Shown here: positions 50,404-58,541 of the stretch, one piece after another
Layout: each line of letters starts with the position of its first letter
Numbering within the stretch: position 1 is the first letter of the stretch
Made by a program: the position numbers and the translations under genes
Assembly (NCBI GenBank): GCA_036676705.1
Contig: JAKFCJ010000207.1
Span: 15 to 64,014 of the forward strand
Length of the DNA: 64,000 bases
Source: Bacteroidota bacterium
GTDB taxonomy: Bacteria; Bacteroidota; Bacteroidia; UBA8524
Direction of reading: 5' to 3'
Notes under the pieces: model-generated
Told to the model about the DNA's origin: nothing
Seen by the model: only the letters and a program-made list of their open reading frames with translations
Databases searched by the model: none

Positions 50404-51300
50404 CTATTTTTTCTTTTGCTCCTTAAAAATTCCTTCCAGTGTTTTTTTGTATTCGGTGTATTTGTACAGGTTGTTCTCTTTTAAAATGGAACCGAACAAA
50501 AGGTCATTCTTTTCCTTTTCTGAACCATTTTCCTTGTTGAGGCAGATCAAATGGAAAATAAGTGTTTCATAATACTTGTTCAGGTAATAGCTCTTATAGC
50601 TTTGAATCCCTTTCGATTTATCAATAACCATTTCAAAATCAGCAAAGTAAAAGTCGCTATAGTGATAATAGGGACTGCCATTGATTTTCGGAAATTTTTT
50701 AATGAGCGTATAGGCCATTTCCGTGTTCGGCGGCTTAGGGATATTCATATACCCCCAAATATTGGTTCCACACAAGCTAATCGCACGAAGGACCAGAATT
50801 CCCTTTTCTGTGTCGTCTTTCAGGTTGTAGTCTTTTAATTTTAAATCGACCCTGGCCATATTGAAAGGTTTATTTTTGTTTCCAACCGCGGTAAATAACA
50901 TACCATAGTAATTATTAACCAATTCGTAAGTCTGGATTTGGTTGGATAGTAAACTGTCGATCAATTTAGTGTTGCTGATCTGGTTCTCTTCCCGAAGATT
51001 TTCGCTGATAGCCCGGATAATAAAGAGCTGTTTTAAAATGGTATCGTTTGGACGGGCAAGATAGGTTTGGTCCAGAAGTTTATTCTTCGTTGTGATTGTC
51101 TGGGAGATAAATTCAGTTGCTGTTTCCATGCCTTTAGGAACATCATCTTCCAGTTCTTTGATCACTTCCTTGCCTGGCTCCTTGCCAAACATATAATCCT
51201 TGTAACTTTTACCAAGTTCGATCAACTTTTCATATTCGGTGCTTTGTCCGAAGCTGTGCATGGATAAACAAAGTGCAACAAGGGTAAATCTTATTTTCAT
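50404..51300 (-). CDS. Secreted K/N/Y-rich hypothetical protein in an AT-rich segment
   Basis: The signal peptide MKIRFTLVALCLSMHSFGQ starts at an internal Met. GC is markedly lower than in the flanking DNA. Confidence 0.45.
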   Translation of the reverse strand: MKIRFTLVALCLSMHSFGQSTEYEKLIELGKSYKDYMFGKEPGKEVIKELEDDVPKGMETATEFISQTITTKNKLLDQTYLARPNDTILKQLFIIRAISENLREENQISNTKLIDSLLSNQIQTYELVNNYYGMLFTAVGNKNKPFNMARVDLKLKDYNLKDDTEKGILVLRAISLCGTNIWGYMNIPKPPNTEMAYTLIKKFPKINGSPYYHYSDFYFADFEMVIDKSKGIQSYKSYYLNKYYETLIFHLICLNKENGSEKEKNDLLFGSILKENNLYKYTEYKKTLEGIFKEQKKK

Positions 51301-51610
51301 ATTCGGGAGGTGTTTTCTATTCATGAGAACCACTGATAGGGGTTCAATATAGGTGAGCGAGGGTGAAATTTCCAATTTTTGGGTTGGTTAGGTTGTTATT
51401 TTTCAAACAACCGAATGGCATATCATAATGAATGGAAGGGATCCAATAGTCTCCTATCGATTTGACCGGTAGCTTTTGCGGATATGATGAGAACTGAAAT
51501 GGTACCGGCAACTACCTCGAAGAAACGGAGCGATAAAGACGAGGGTAATTTCATGGTTGATCGTTAATACCGAAACCTTGAATTAGTCAACACAGATAAT
51601 GGGTTTTTTT

Positions 51611-52023
51611 GATCCGACTCAAACATTCTTTTTTGCGGGTAGGTGTCCCACCGACCCGCACTCAAGCGGGAGAAGGGACTGCAGGAATTTCCTTCTCATT
51701 CGAGGAAAAGAAATGTGAAAGTTTTTAGTGGTTCCGGACGAAATTGTTGATCCGACCGTCAAGTTGATCCGCAGAGTAGAAGCGATTCGGTGGGACACCG
51801 AACCGCTAAAGGTTTTTTTTGATCCGACTCAAACCGGCCTTTTGCGGGTAGGTGTCCCACCGACCCGCACTCACCAGCGGGAGAAGCGACTGTAGGAATT
51901 TCCTTCTCATTCCAGTAAAAGAAATGTGAAAGTGTTTAGTGGTTCCGGACGAAATTGTTGATCCGACCGTCAAGTTGATCCGCAGAGTAGAAGCGATTCG
52001 GTGGGACACCGAACCGCTAATGG
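51611..52023. repeat. Two tandem copies of a ~205 bp structured repeat, each bounded by ~25 bp inverted repeats (gcgggtaggtgtcccaccgacccgc ... gcgattcggtgggacaccgaaccgc)
   Basis: Units 51611..51812 and 51821..52023 are more than 90 percent identical. Each has internal hairpins such as gagaag...cttctc. Confidence 0.8.
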
Positions 52024-52102
52024 ATTTTGATTTACGAAGTGATATTTTGACATTCTCACGACATAGTTGGCTGAAAAATGACCGTGAACTAACATTCCAA
52101 TC

Positions 52103-52609
52103 GTGAACTTAGTGTTTATGATTGAAACCAAATTTTTCACGGCCGTTGTAGAAAAAAGGAAGCCAATATTTGATGTGGATGGAGCGGATTTTATTAAAGT
52201 AATTGAAGGCTCTCTTGGCTATTTTTCAGCTAAAGCGCAATTTCAACTACATGCCTATGCTATAATGCCGAACCATGTTCATTTTTTGTATAGTGAGCCG
52301 AAGGACGGTGATTTATTTAGAGTTCCATTCATAAGGTTTACTGCGCATGAAATATTGAGATTAAACATTGGCCGGCCAATGAACAAAAGAGTTGATTTTG
52401 TAGTAAATAAGTCGGATAGAGTCGAGCAAGTTTGGCGTAGAAAATCAAAGACCATTCTGGTCAAAGATGAAAGGGTATATTTTGCCGTTCTCAACTATAT
52501 CCGGAAAAACACAGAGTCTGTTTTTTGGAAAGAAAGTATTAATCGACTAGCATTGGAACCCAGAGTACCATGCGTATCACGCGATTGGAAAAGTAATTTA
52601 CCAAACTAA
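52103..52609 (+). CDS. IS200/IS605-family HuH-Y1 transposase, RAYT-like (REP-associated tyrosine transposase)
   Basis: HuH motif MPNHVHFL and a downstream Tyr in NYIRKN at about +75 aa. 168 aa. It is flanked on both sides by the structured repeats. Confidence 0.6.
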   Translation: MNLVFMIETKFFTAVVEKRKPIFDVDGADFIKVIEGSLGYFSAKAQFQLHAYAIMPNHVHFLYSEPKDGDLFRVPFIRFTAHEILRLNIGRPMNKRVDFVVNKSDRVEQVWRRKSKTILVKDERVYFAVLNYIRKNTESVFWKESINRLALEPRVPCVSRDWKSNLPN

Positions 52610-52905
52610 GATCCCTTTTTTGCGGGTAGGTGTCCCACCGACCCGCACTCACCACCGGGAGAAGCGATTGCAGGAATTTCCTTCTCATTCGAGTAAAAGA
52701 AATGTGAAAGTGTTTAGTGATTCCGTACAAAATTGTTCATCCGACCGTCAAGTTGTTCCGGAGCGTAGAAGCAATTCGGTGGGATACCGAACCGCTAATT
52801 ATTTTTTTGATCTGACTCAAACATTCTTTTTTGCGGGTAGGTGTCCCACCGACCCGCACTCACCCGGGGGAGAAGCGATTACAGGAATTCCATTCTATAT
52901 CCAAG
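52610..52905. repeat. A further 1.5 copies of the same ~200 bp structured repeat, immediately downstream of the transposase
   Basis: Unit 52610..52800 is 5'-truncated. The partial unit 52809..52905 restarts with gatctgactcaaacattc. Confidence 0.8.
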
Positions 52906-52960
52906 ATTTTGAGATTATCCTGGTCTAAGTCTGGGGCACGTCAACCGTAGATAGGGTCGC

Positions 52961-54076
52961 TTACAGCGACAATTGAAAATAAGCAATAAATCCCAGCGGT
53001 ATAACAAAACTTAAAATCCAGATCAAAATAATGAGTATCCTTCTTCCCGTGCCCAGGTCATTGATCGATTTTTTTTGGAGGATGGCTTTTACCTGTTCGA
53101 TCAACTTTTGCTCATTTTTATCGGGACGATAAACCCCCGGGGTAATAAATCGCCTGTAGTATTTGACGTGGTTGCCGATCTCTTCCCGAATAAGCCAATA
53201 TTCCTTATCACTTAATTCAGCGAAAGACTTGTCAGTATCTATAGCCTTCAACTTAAGCGCATCAGTTGTTCTTTTCACGTATTCCAGATTACCGAGTTGC
53301 ATGAAGAGAAAGAAGGGAATGATTAAGAGTACGTACGACTCGGTGCTGATGGAATAATAGCTCATTACAGCGATTGATATCCCGATGAATACCTTGTTTA
53401 TCAAGGTATTGTTTTCGAAAAACAGCACGTTAATGATACGACCTCCGTCAAGAGGCAAAAGGGGTAACAGGTTAAACAGATTCAGAAAAATAAAAATATC
53501 GGCAGTCTTCAACAGGAACTCACTGTCCAGTTGAATAGCGAAATAATAGAAGACCAGTCCGATGATTACCCCGGGGAGTGGTCCCGCGAACAGGATGATC
53601 GCACTTTGTTTTTGAGAAATGGTTTCTTTGGTTCCCGATGCGAATGCACCCACCAAAGGCACAAAAAATATCCCAAGATCCGAATACTTGTATGCCCGCA
53701 TGGCCAGGAAGTGCCCGAGTTCGTGAATGAGAAGCACCCCCGCCAGCACCAGGATATACTCAAGTTCCCATTTGAAAACGAGATAAAAGGTCAGGATAAA
53801 AAACCCCATACTCAGCAAGGAACGGTTGATCGATTGTTCCTTTATTTTTTCTTCCGGTTTAGGGGGAAAAGTGATCGGCTCCATCACAGCAGGTTCATTT
53901 TCTACGCTTGCTCTTCTTACAATAGCGGGTAATTTAGAGCGGTCGCCTGTAAAATCTTCACAGTCTTCTTCGAAGAGGGCTACATCCCCGGTCAGGTTGC
54001 AGATAATTCCTTTATCCCGGCTAAACCCCCTGTTTTCGCAGTTCTGACAAAATTCCAGCTGATATTTTCTATCCAT
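52961..54076 (-). CDS. Site-2 protease (peptidase M50) with an N-terminal cytoplasmic Cys-rich zinc-ribbon-like segment
   Basis: LLIHELGHFLAMRA (HExxH within a TM helix) and LPLLPLDGGRI (LDG motif). N-terminal CQNCENRG...C...C. Confidence 0.75.
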   Translation of the reverse strand: MDRKYQLEFCQNCENRGFSRDKGIICNLTGDVALFEEDCEDFTGDRSKLPAIVRRASVENEPAVMEPITFPPKPEEKIKEQSINRSLLSMGFFILTFYLVFKWELEYILVLAGVLLIHELGHFLAMRAYKYSDLGIFFVPLVGAFASGTKETISQKQSAIILFAGPLPGVIIGLVFYYFAIQLDSEFLLKTADIFIFLNLFNLLPLLPLDGGRIINVLFFENNTLINKVFIGISIAVMSYYSISTESYVLLIIPFFLFMQLGNLEYVKRTTDALKLKAIDTDKSFAELSDKEYWLIREEIGNHVKYYRRFITPGVYRPDKNEQKLIEQVKAILQKKSINDLGTGRRILIILIWILSFVIPLGFIAYFQLSL

Positions 54077-54148
54077 GATAAAATTTAGTGGTTCAATATA
54101 TCCCTTTGAACTTCACTTTTCCATCACTTTCTACATTTCCTTCGGACA

Positions 54149-54583
54149 TTAAGCGCCCGATTTCTTGTCCTGGACAAGCGAAACCGTCAACTCCTGAGAA
54201 CCTTCCTTCCATATACGATTACCCAATTCGCTCAATTTCTGTTTGTCGCTATCTATCACCCTGGCAAAAATATTACATGCATCCAGACCCTTTCCTTCAC
54301 CATAGTAAATACCAAAACAGTTTGCTGTTTTTGTCCGGGAAGGTTTCGACGGGCCAAAGACAACTTCACCCGGTTCTGTGAACACAGAAGCGTTTTCCTG
54401 GATGATATCAAGTGGAGGAACATTGTCGATCCATATTTCCTGCCCGGAAAGCCGCGCATGATAAAAGGTACGGGTAAAGGGCAAAATACCGGCAAAAGCT
54501 TTTGATGTTACAGGTGCTGCATCCTCATATAATTCAAACAGAATTTCCTCCTTGTCACGTGTTGTGATCTTAAATTTTCTCAT
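54149..54583 (-). CDS. Cyclophilin-like (DUF3830-type) small protein
   Basis: 144 aa. The pattern ...AAPVTSKAFAGILPF...SGQEIW...FGIYYGEG is recalled as cyclophilin-like. Tentative. Confidence 0.35.
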   Translation of the reverse strand: MRKFKITTRDKEEILFELYEDAAPVTSKAFAGILPFTRTFYHARLSGQEIWIDNVPPLDIIQENASVFTEPGEVVFGPSKPSRTKTANCFGIYYGEGKGLDACNIFARVIDSDKQKLSELGNRIWKEGSQELTVSLVQDKKSGA

Positions 54584-54681
54584 AAAACGCCAAAATACTT
54601 ATTTTCCTAATCTGTCGTGGCGGCGTGGATCGATATTAGACGAAGAAGCAAAAATTCCCCAATAACCCTTTACTTTGAAAC

Positions 54682-56004
54682 ATGGACGTGTGGATGTATT
54701 TGCTGATCGGGTTGGCTGCCGGAGGAATGGCCGGGTATTTTTTTGCCATAGCCCGAAAACTTAAGGAAGGCGAATCCCTTCAATCCATACAAATTGAAAA
54801 AGCACGGGTCGAACAAAACCTGCAGGCTGCCGAAAACAGAAGAGCGGAGTTGGAACGCCGGCTTCTGGAACTCGAATCCTTTAACCAAACACTGTTGCAT
54901 GAAAACGCAGTGTTGAAAACCGAAGGACTCGGATTGCAGCAACGCATGGCCGAACAAAAAGAGGAGCTGGAAAAACTGAACGAACGTATGTCGCTGCAAT
55001 TCAAGAATCTGGCGAACGAGATCCTCGAAGAAAAAAGCAAAAAATTCACCGACCAGAACAAGATCAATATCGGGGAACTGCTTAACCCGCTCAAAGAGAA
55101 AATCGGCGAGTTTGAAAAGAAGGTAGACGAAAGCAACAAGGAAAATGTACGCATGAACAGTTCCCTTGGTGAACAACTCAAGAACCTGAAAGAACTCAAT
55201 CAACAAATTACCAAAGAAGCGGAGAACCTCACCCGGGCGCTGAAAGGCGATACCAAAACACAGGGAAACTGGGGGGAATTTATCCTTGAAAAAATTCTCG
55301 AACGAAGCGGACTGGTCAAAGGACAAGAATTTATCGTTCAGGAAAGTACCACTATGGAAGGCGGCCGGTTGCGACCCGATGTGGTCATCAAACTGCCCGA
55401 TAACAAGAATATTGTCGTTGACTCCAAGGTGTCACTGACAGCCTATGAACAGGCCATGAATGCAGGGGATGATGTTGAACGGGCCATGCATATGAAAATG
55501 CACGTTCAATCCATCAAAAATCATATCCGGCAACTCTCTTCCAAAGATTATCAGAAACTTTACGGTGTAGAAGGATTGGATTTTGTGCTTCTTTTCATTC
55601 CCATCGAACCGGCTTTCAGCTCAGCCCTGCAGGCAGAATCCGACCTCTTCAACCAGGCTTATGAAAAGCAGATCGTGTTGGTAAGTCCGAGTACGTTGCT
55701 GGCTACCCTGCGTACCGTGGCAAATATCTGGCGTTACGAATACCAGAACCGAAACGTGCTCGAAATAGCGCGTCAGGCCGGGGATATGTACGATAAGTTC
55801 GTCAATTTTTCGGAAGACCTGATCAAGTTGGGTGTTCAGATGGATACCTCAAAAAAGACCTATTCCGACGCCATGAACAAGCTCGTTGATGGGTCCGGAA
55901 ACCTGATCCGCCGCGCAGAAAAACTCAAGGAGTTGGGGGCTAAGACGTCGAAGCAGATGAATGATAAATTGTTGGACAGGAGTGAGAGTGGAAGTGAAAA
56001 GTGA
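54682..56004 (+). CDS. rmuC: DNA recombination protein RmuC
   Basis: N-terminal TM helix, long coiled coil, and the C-terminal RmuC domain LVSPSTLLATLRTVANIWRYEYQNRN. Confidence 0.85.
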   Translation: MDVWMYLLIGLAAGGMAGYFFAIARKLKEGESLQSIQIEKARVEQNLQAAENRRAELERRLLELESFNQTLLHENAVLKTEGLGLQQRMAEQKEELEKLNERMSLQFKNLANEILEEKSKKFTDQNKINIGELLNPLKEKIGEFEKKVDESNKENVRMNSSLGEQLKNLKELNQQITKEAENLTRALKGDTKTQGNWGEFILEKILERSGLVKGQEFIVQESTTMEGGRLRPDVVIKLPDNKNIVVDSKVSLTAYEQAMNAGDDVERAMHMKMHVQSIKNHIRQLSSKDYQKLYGVEGLDFVLLFIPIEPAFSSALQAESDLFNQAYEKQIVLVSPSTLLATLRTVANIWRYEYQNRNVLEIARQAGDMYDKFVNFSEDLIKLGVQMDTSKKTYSDAMNKLVDGSGNLIRRAEKLKELGAKTSKQMNDKLLDRSESGSEK

Positions 56005-56063
56005 AAAGTGAAAGGCAGCTATTGCTTAAAGCCTGCAGCCTATAGCCTATAGCCTATAGCCAT
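55994..56063. repeat. Tandem heptamers (GTGAAAA)x3 then (AGCCTAT)x3, spanning the rmuC stop codon
   Basis: Direct inspection. The rmuC TGA stop lies inside the second GTGAAAA. Confidence 0.6.
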
Positions 56064-56085
56064 TATTTATTACCTTCGCAGTTCC

Positions 56086-57249
56086 ATGGATAAATACGCC
56101 AAAAGAGGAGTATCCTCCCAAAAAGAAGATGTACATAAAGCCATCAGCAAGCTCGACAAAGGCTTGTTCCCAAATGCTTTTTGCAAGGTGATCCCGGATT
56201 ATCTGGGTGGCGATCCGGATTGGTGTAACGTGATGCACGCCGATGGGGCCGGAACCAAATCCTCGCTGGCCTATCTGTATTGGAAAGAAACCGGCGATCT
56301 GTCGGTATGGAAAGGCATAGCCCAGGATGCCATCGTTATGAATACCGACGACCTGCTTTGTGTAGGGATCACCGAAAACATGTTGCTTTCTTCTACCATC
56401 GGAAGAAATAAAAACCGCATACCGGGAGAAGTGATCGCAGCCATCATCGAAGGCACCGAAGAATTCCTCCAAACCATGCGCGATATGGGGATCGACATGG
56501 TCCTTACCGGCGGAGAAACGGCGGATGTTGGTGACCTCGTTCGAACCATCATTGTAGACTCCACAGTAACGGCCCGGGTTCAGCGAAATTCCATCATCGA
56601 AGCGAAAATTCGTCCGGGGCAAGTGATCGTGGGCTTTGCTTCTTACGGGAAGGCAAGTTATGAGAAGGAATACAATGGGGGCATGGGTAGCAACGGACTT
56701 ACTTCTGCCCGGCACGATGTTTTTTCAAAACAGTATGCATCCTCTTATCCCGAAAGTTTTGACCCGGCTTTGGATGCCGAAGTCGTCTATACGGGTTCGC
56801 TTAAACTTACTGATTCATGGAAAGAGGCTCCACTCAATGCAGGGAAATTGGTGCTTTCTCCAACAAGGACCTATCTGCCATTGGCTCGTGAAATTTTAAA
56901 GGAGATCCCGCAAAATGAGATTGGTGCCATTATCCATTGCAGCGGAGGAGCTCAAACAAAAGTGAAACATTTTATGGATGAGCCGGTAAAGGTGATCAAA
57001 AACAACATGTTTCCACTACCTCCTTTGTTTGATATGATCCATACCCAATCGCATACCGATTGGAAAGAAATGTATCAGGTATTTAATATGGGTCATCGTT
57101 TAGAGATCTATACCGGGGAAAAACATGCTTTATCCCTGATACACATGGCTGCGGCATTCGGGATTGATGCCCGAATTGTGGGTCAGGTAGAAGCAGCACC
57201 TGGCAGAGTCGTTCACATTTCGTCCCCTTATGGGGTTTTTGAGTACTAG
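56086..57249 (+). CDS. PurM-like (AIR synthase-related) superfamily protein
   Basis: 387 aa with MHADGAGTKS N-domain motif. The family-level call is tentative. Confidence 0.5.
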   Translation: MDKYAKRGVSSQKEDVHKAISKLDKGLFPNAFCKVIPDYLGGDPDWCNVMHADGAGTKSSLAYLYWKETGDLSVWKGIAQDAIVMNTDDLLCVGITENMLLSSTIGRNKNRIPGEVIAAIIEGTEEFLQTMRDMGIDMVLTGGETADVGDLVRTIIVDSTVTARVQRNSIIEAKIRPGQVIVGFASYGKASYEKEYNGGMGSNGLTSARHDVFSKQYASSYPESFDPALDAEVVYTGSLKLTDSWKEAPLNAGKLVLSPTRTYLPLAREILKEIPQNEIGAIIHCSGGAQTKVKHFMDEPVKVIKNNMFPLPPLFDMIHTQSHTDWKEMYQVFNMGHRLEIYTGEKHALSLIHMAAAFGIDARIVGQVEAAPGRVVHISSPYGVFEY

Positions 57250-57323
57250 AAAGCAAGCAACATTTTAGATCAGGATGACGTTAAAATTCTAAAATACCTA
57301 ATTATATCCAATATTTATTTACG

Positions 57324-58517
57324 ATGTTTGTAGGAATGCGTTACGTGTTTCCTGTTATTATTTTGTTTTGTTTACCGCTCAGAGGGATTTCTCAAAATAT
57401 CCGTTTGGAGCTGGCTGACCCCTGTTTTAGCAGTGTTGGCACGGGCAAAGACCTGGAAAGCAGCGACCTGATCACCCAAAATGGAGATATACTCGAATGG
57501 ACCGGTTCCGAATGGGAAGGTGCAAACTGGAAGGCGGGAGTGGACCTGATACCGGAGATGCCTCCATTTTGCAACCGACCCGTTAAAGCAGCCTGGCTGG
57601 GAAGCGGATTATATTGGAACCTTAATGGAGAAGGGGTTGCCTTTCGCCTGAATCAAACACTGATAACGGGTAAGAAATATGTGATCTATTTTAGTTATGC
57701 CAGCCATGGCAATTCTTCCGACGGGAGTTTTTCTCCCTATGTGGCAACTAGTCTGGAAGGTAAGGATCTTGGTTTCCCTGTAGGGCGCCTTAATCCGGCA
57801 GGTAACAGCTGGCGCCAGGATTCTATCGTATTTACTGCCGACTTCAAACAGGCCGGCGACGAATGGATCATTCTCCATACCCGCACGGATGTGAGCTCAG
57901 GGATCATCCAGGCACAGTGTCCACAGGAGAATTTTTCAATTATTGCCGATAAAAGTTTTTGTGCCGGCGAAGAAGTGAAACTCAGCGCGAACTTTTCACT
58001 TTTAAATTATAATTGGAATGATGGAAGTGACGAAAAAGAGTTGAAGATCACCGAAGACGGGATCTATTGGCTGGAGTCCAACTCGCCTTGCGGGGTACAT
58101 CGCGATACGATCGATGTTAAGTTCCAGGATTGCGGCATTGGTGTAGGAGTTGGCGGCAGTGGAGGAGGAAAGAAAAAAGGCGGAGGTATCAACTGGTCGT
58201 TGAATTTTCAATTTTGCTGGTTTGGAAGTTGCGACGATGATGATGTACCAACCGGACCACCGAGTCCGCCGATAAAAGTATACAACGTATTAACCATTGA
58301 CAACGACGGACTCAATGAGATCTTTTATGTCGATAATGTAGAAAATGGCCGATGGAAATTGCGCGTCTATAACCGCCACGGCCAGCTTATGTTCGAAGAC
58401 CTTGAATATAAAAACGACTGGACACCTACCGAACTCGTGGCTGGCGTGTATTATGTCATCCTCAAGGACCGGAATTCGGCCTACAAGTATACCGGTACCC
58501 TGACCATAATCCGATAA
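57324..58517 (+). CDS. Secreted protein with a T9SS type B C-terminal sorting domain (gliding-motility-associated CTD)
   Basis: C-terminus LTIDNDGLNEIFYVDNVENGRWKLRVYNRHGQLMFEDLEYKNDWTPTELVAGVYYVILKDRN...GTLTIIR, with an N-terminal signal peptide. Confidence 0.65.
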   Translation: MFVGMRYVFPVIILFCLPLRGISQNIRLELADPCFSSVGTGKDLESSDLITQNGDILEWTGSEWEGANWKAGVDLIPEMPPFCNRPVKAAWLGSGLYWNLNGEGVAFRLNQTLITGKKYVIYFSYASHGNSSDGSFSPYVATSLEGKDLGFPVGRLNPAGNSWRQDSIVFTADFKQAGDEWIILHTRTDVSSGIIQAQCPQENFSIIADKSFCAGEEVKLSANFSLLNYNWNDGSDEKELKITEDGIYWLESNSPCGVHRDTIDVKFQDCGIGVGVGGSGGGKKKGGGINWSLNFQFCWFGSCDDDDVPTGPPSPPIKVYNVLTIDNDGLNEIFYVDNVENGRWKLRVYNRHGQLMFEDLEYKNDWTPTELVAGVYYVILKDRNSAYKYTGTLTIIR

Positions 58518-58541
58518 GCTGCACTTCTGTATATTCGTGGC

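Larger units (their letters stand above)
51611..52905 (+). mobile_element. Composite locus of an IS200/IS605-like tnpA embedded in MITE/REP-like repeats
   Basis: Transposase ORF bracketed by 3.5 repeat units. The surrounding DNA is AT-rich. Confidence 0.5.

Noticed and set aside
51806-52009. 67-aa and 63-aa ORFs (also 52539..52730) with similar sequences
   Set aside because: They lie entirely within repeat units on the antisense strand. Their similarity simply mirrors the DNA repeat.
51611-52905. CRISPR array
   Set aside because: The units are about 200 bp with no short unique spacers. No cas genes are present.
54670-55326. 218-aa and 139-aa minus-strand ORFs
   Set aside because: They are antisense to rmuC. 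The sequence is low-complexity F/L-rich, typical of antisense reads of a K/E-rich coiled coil.
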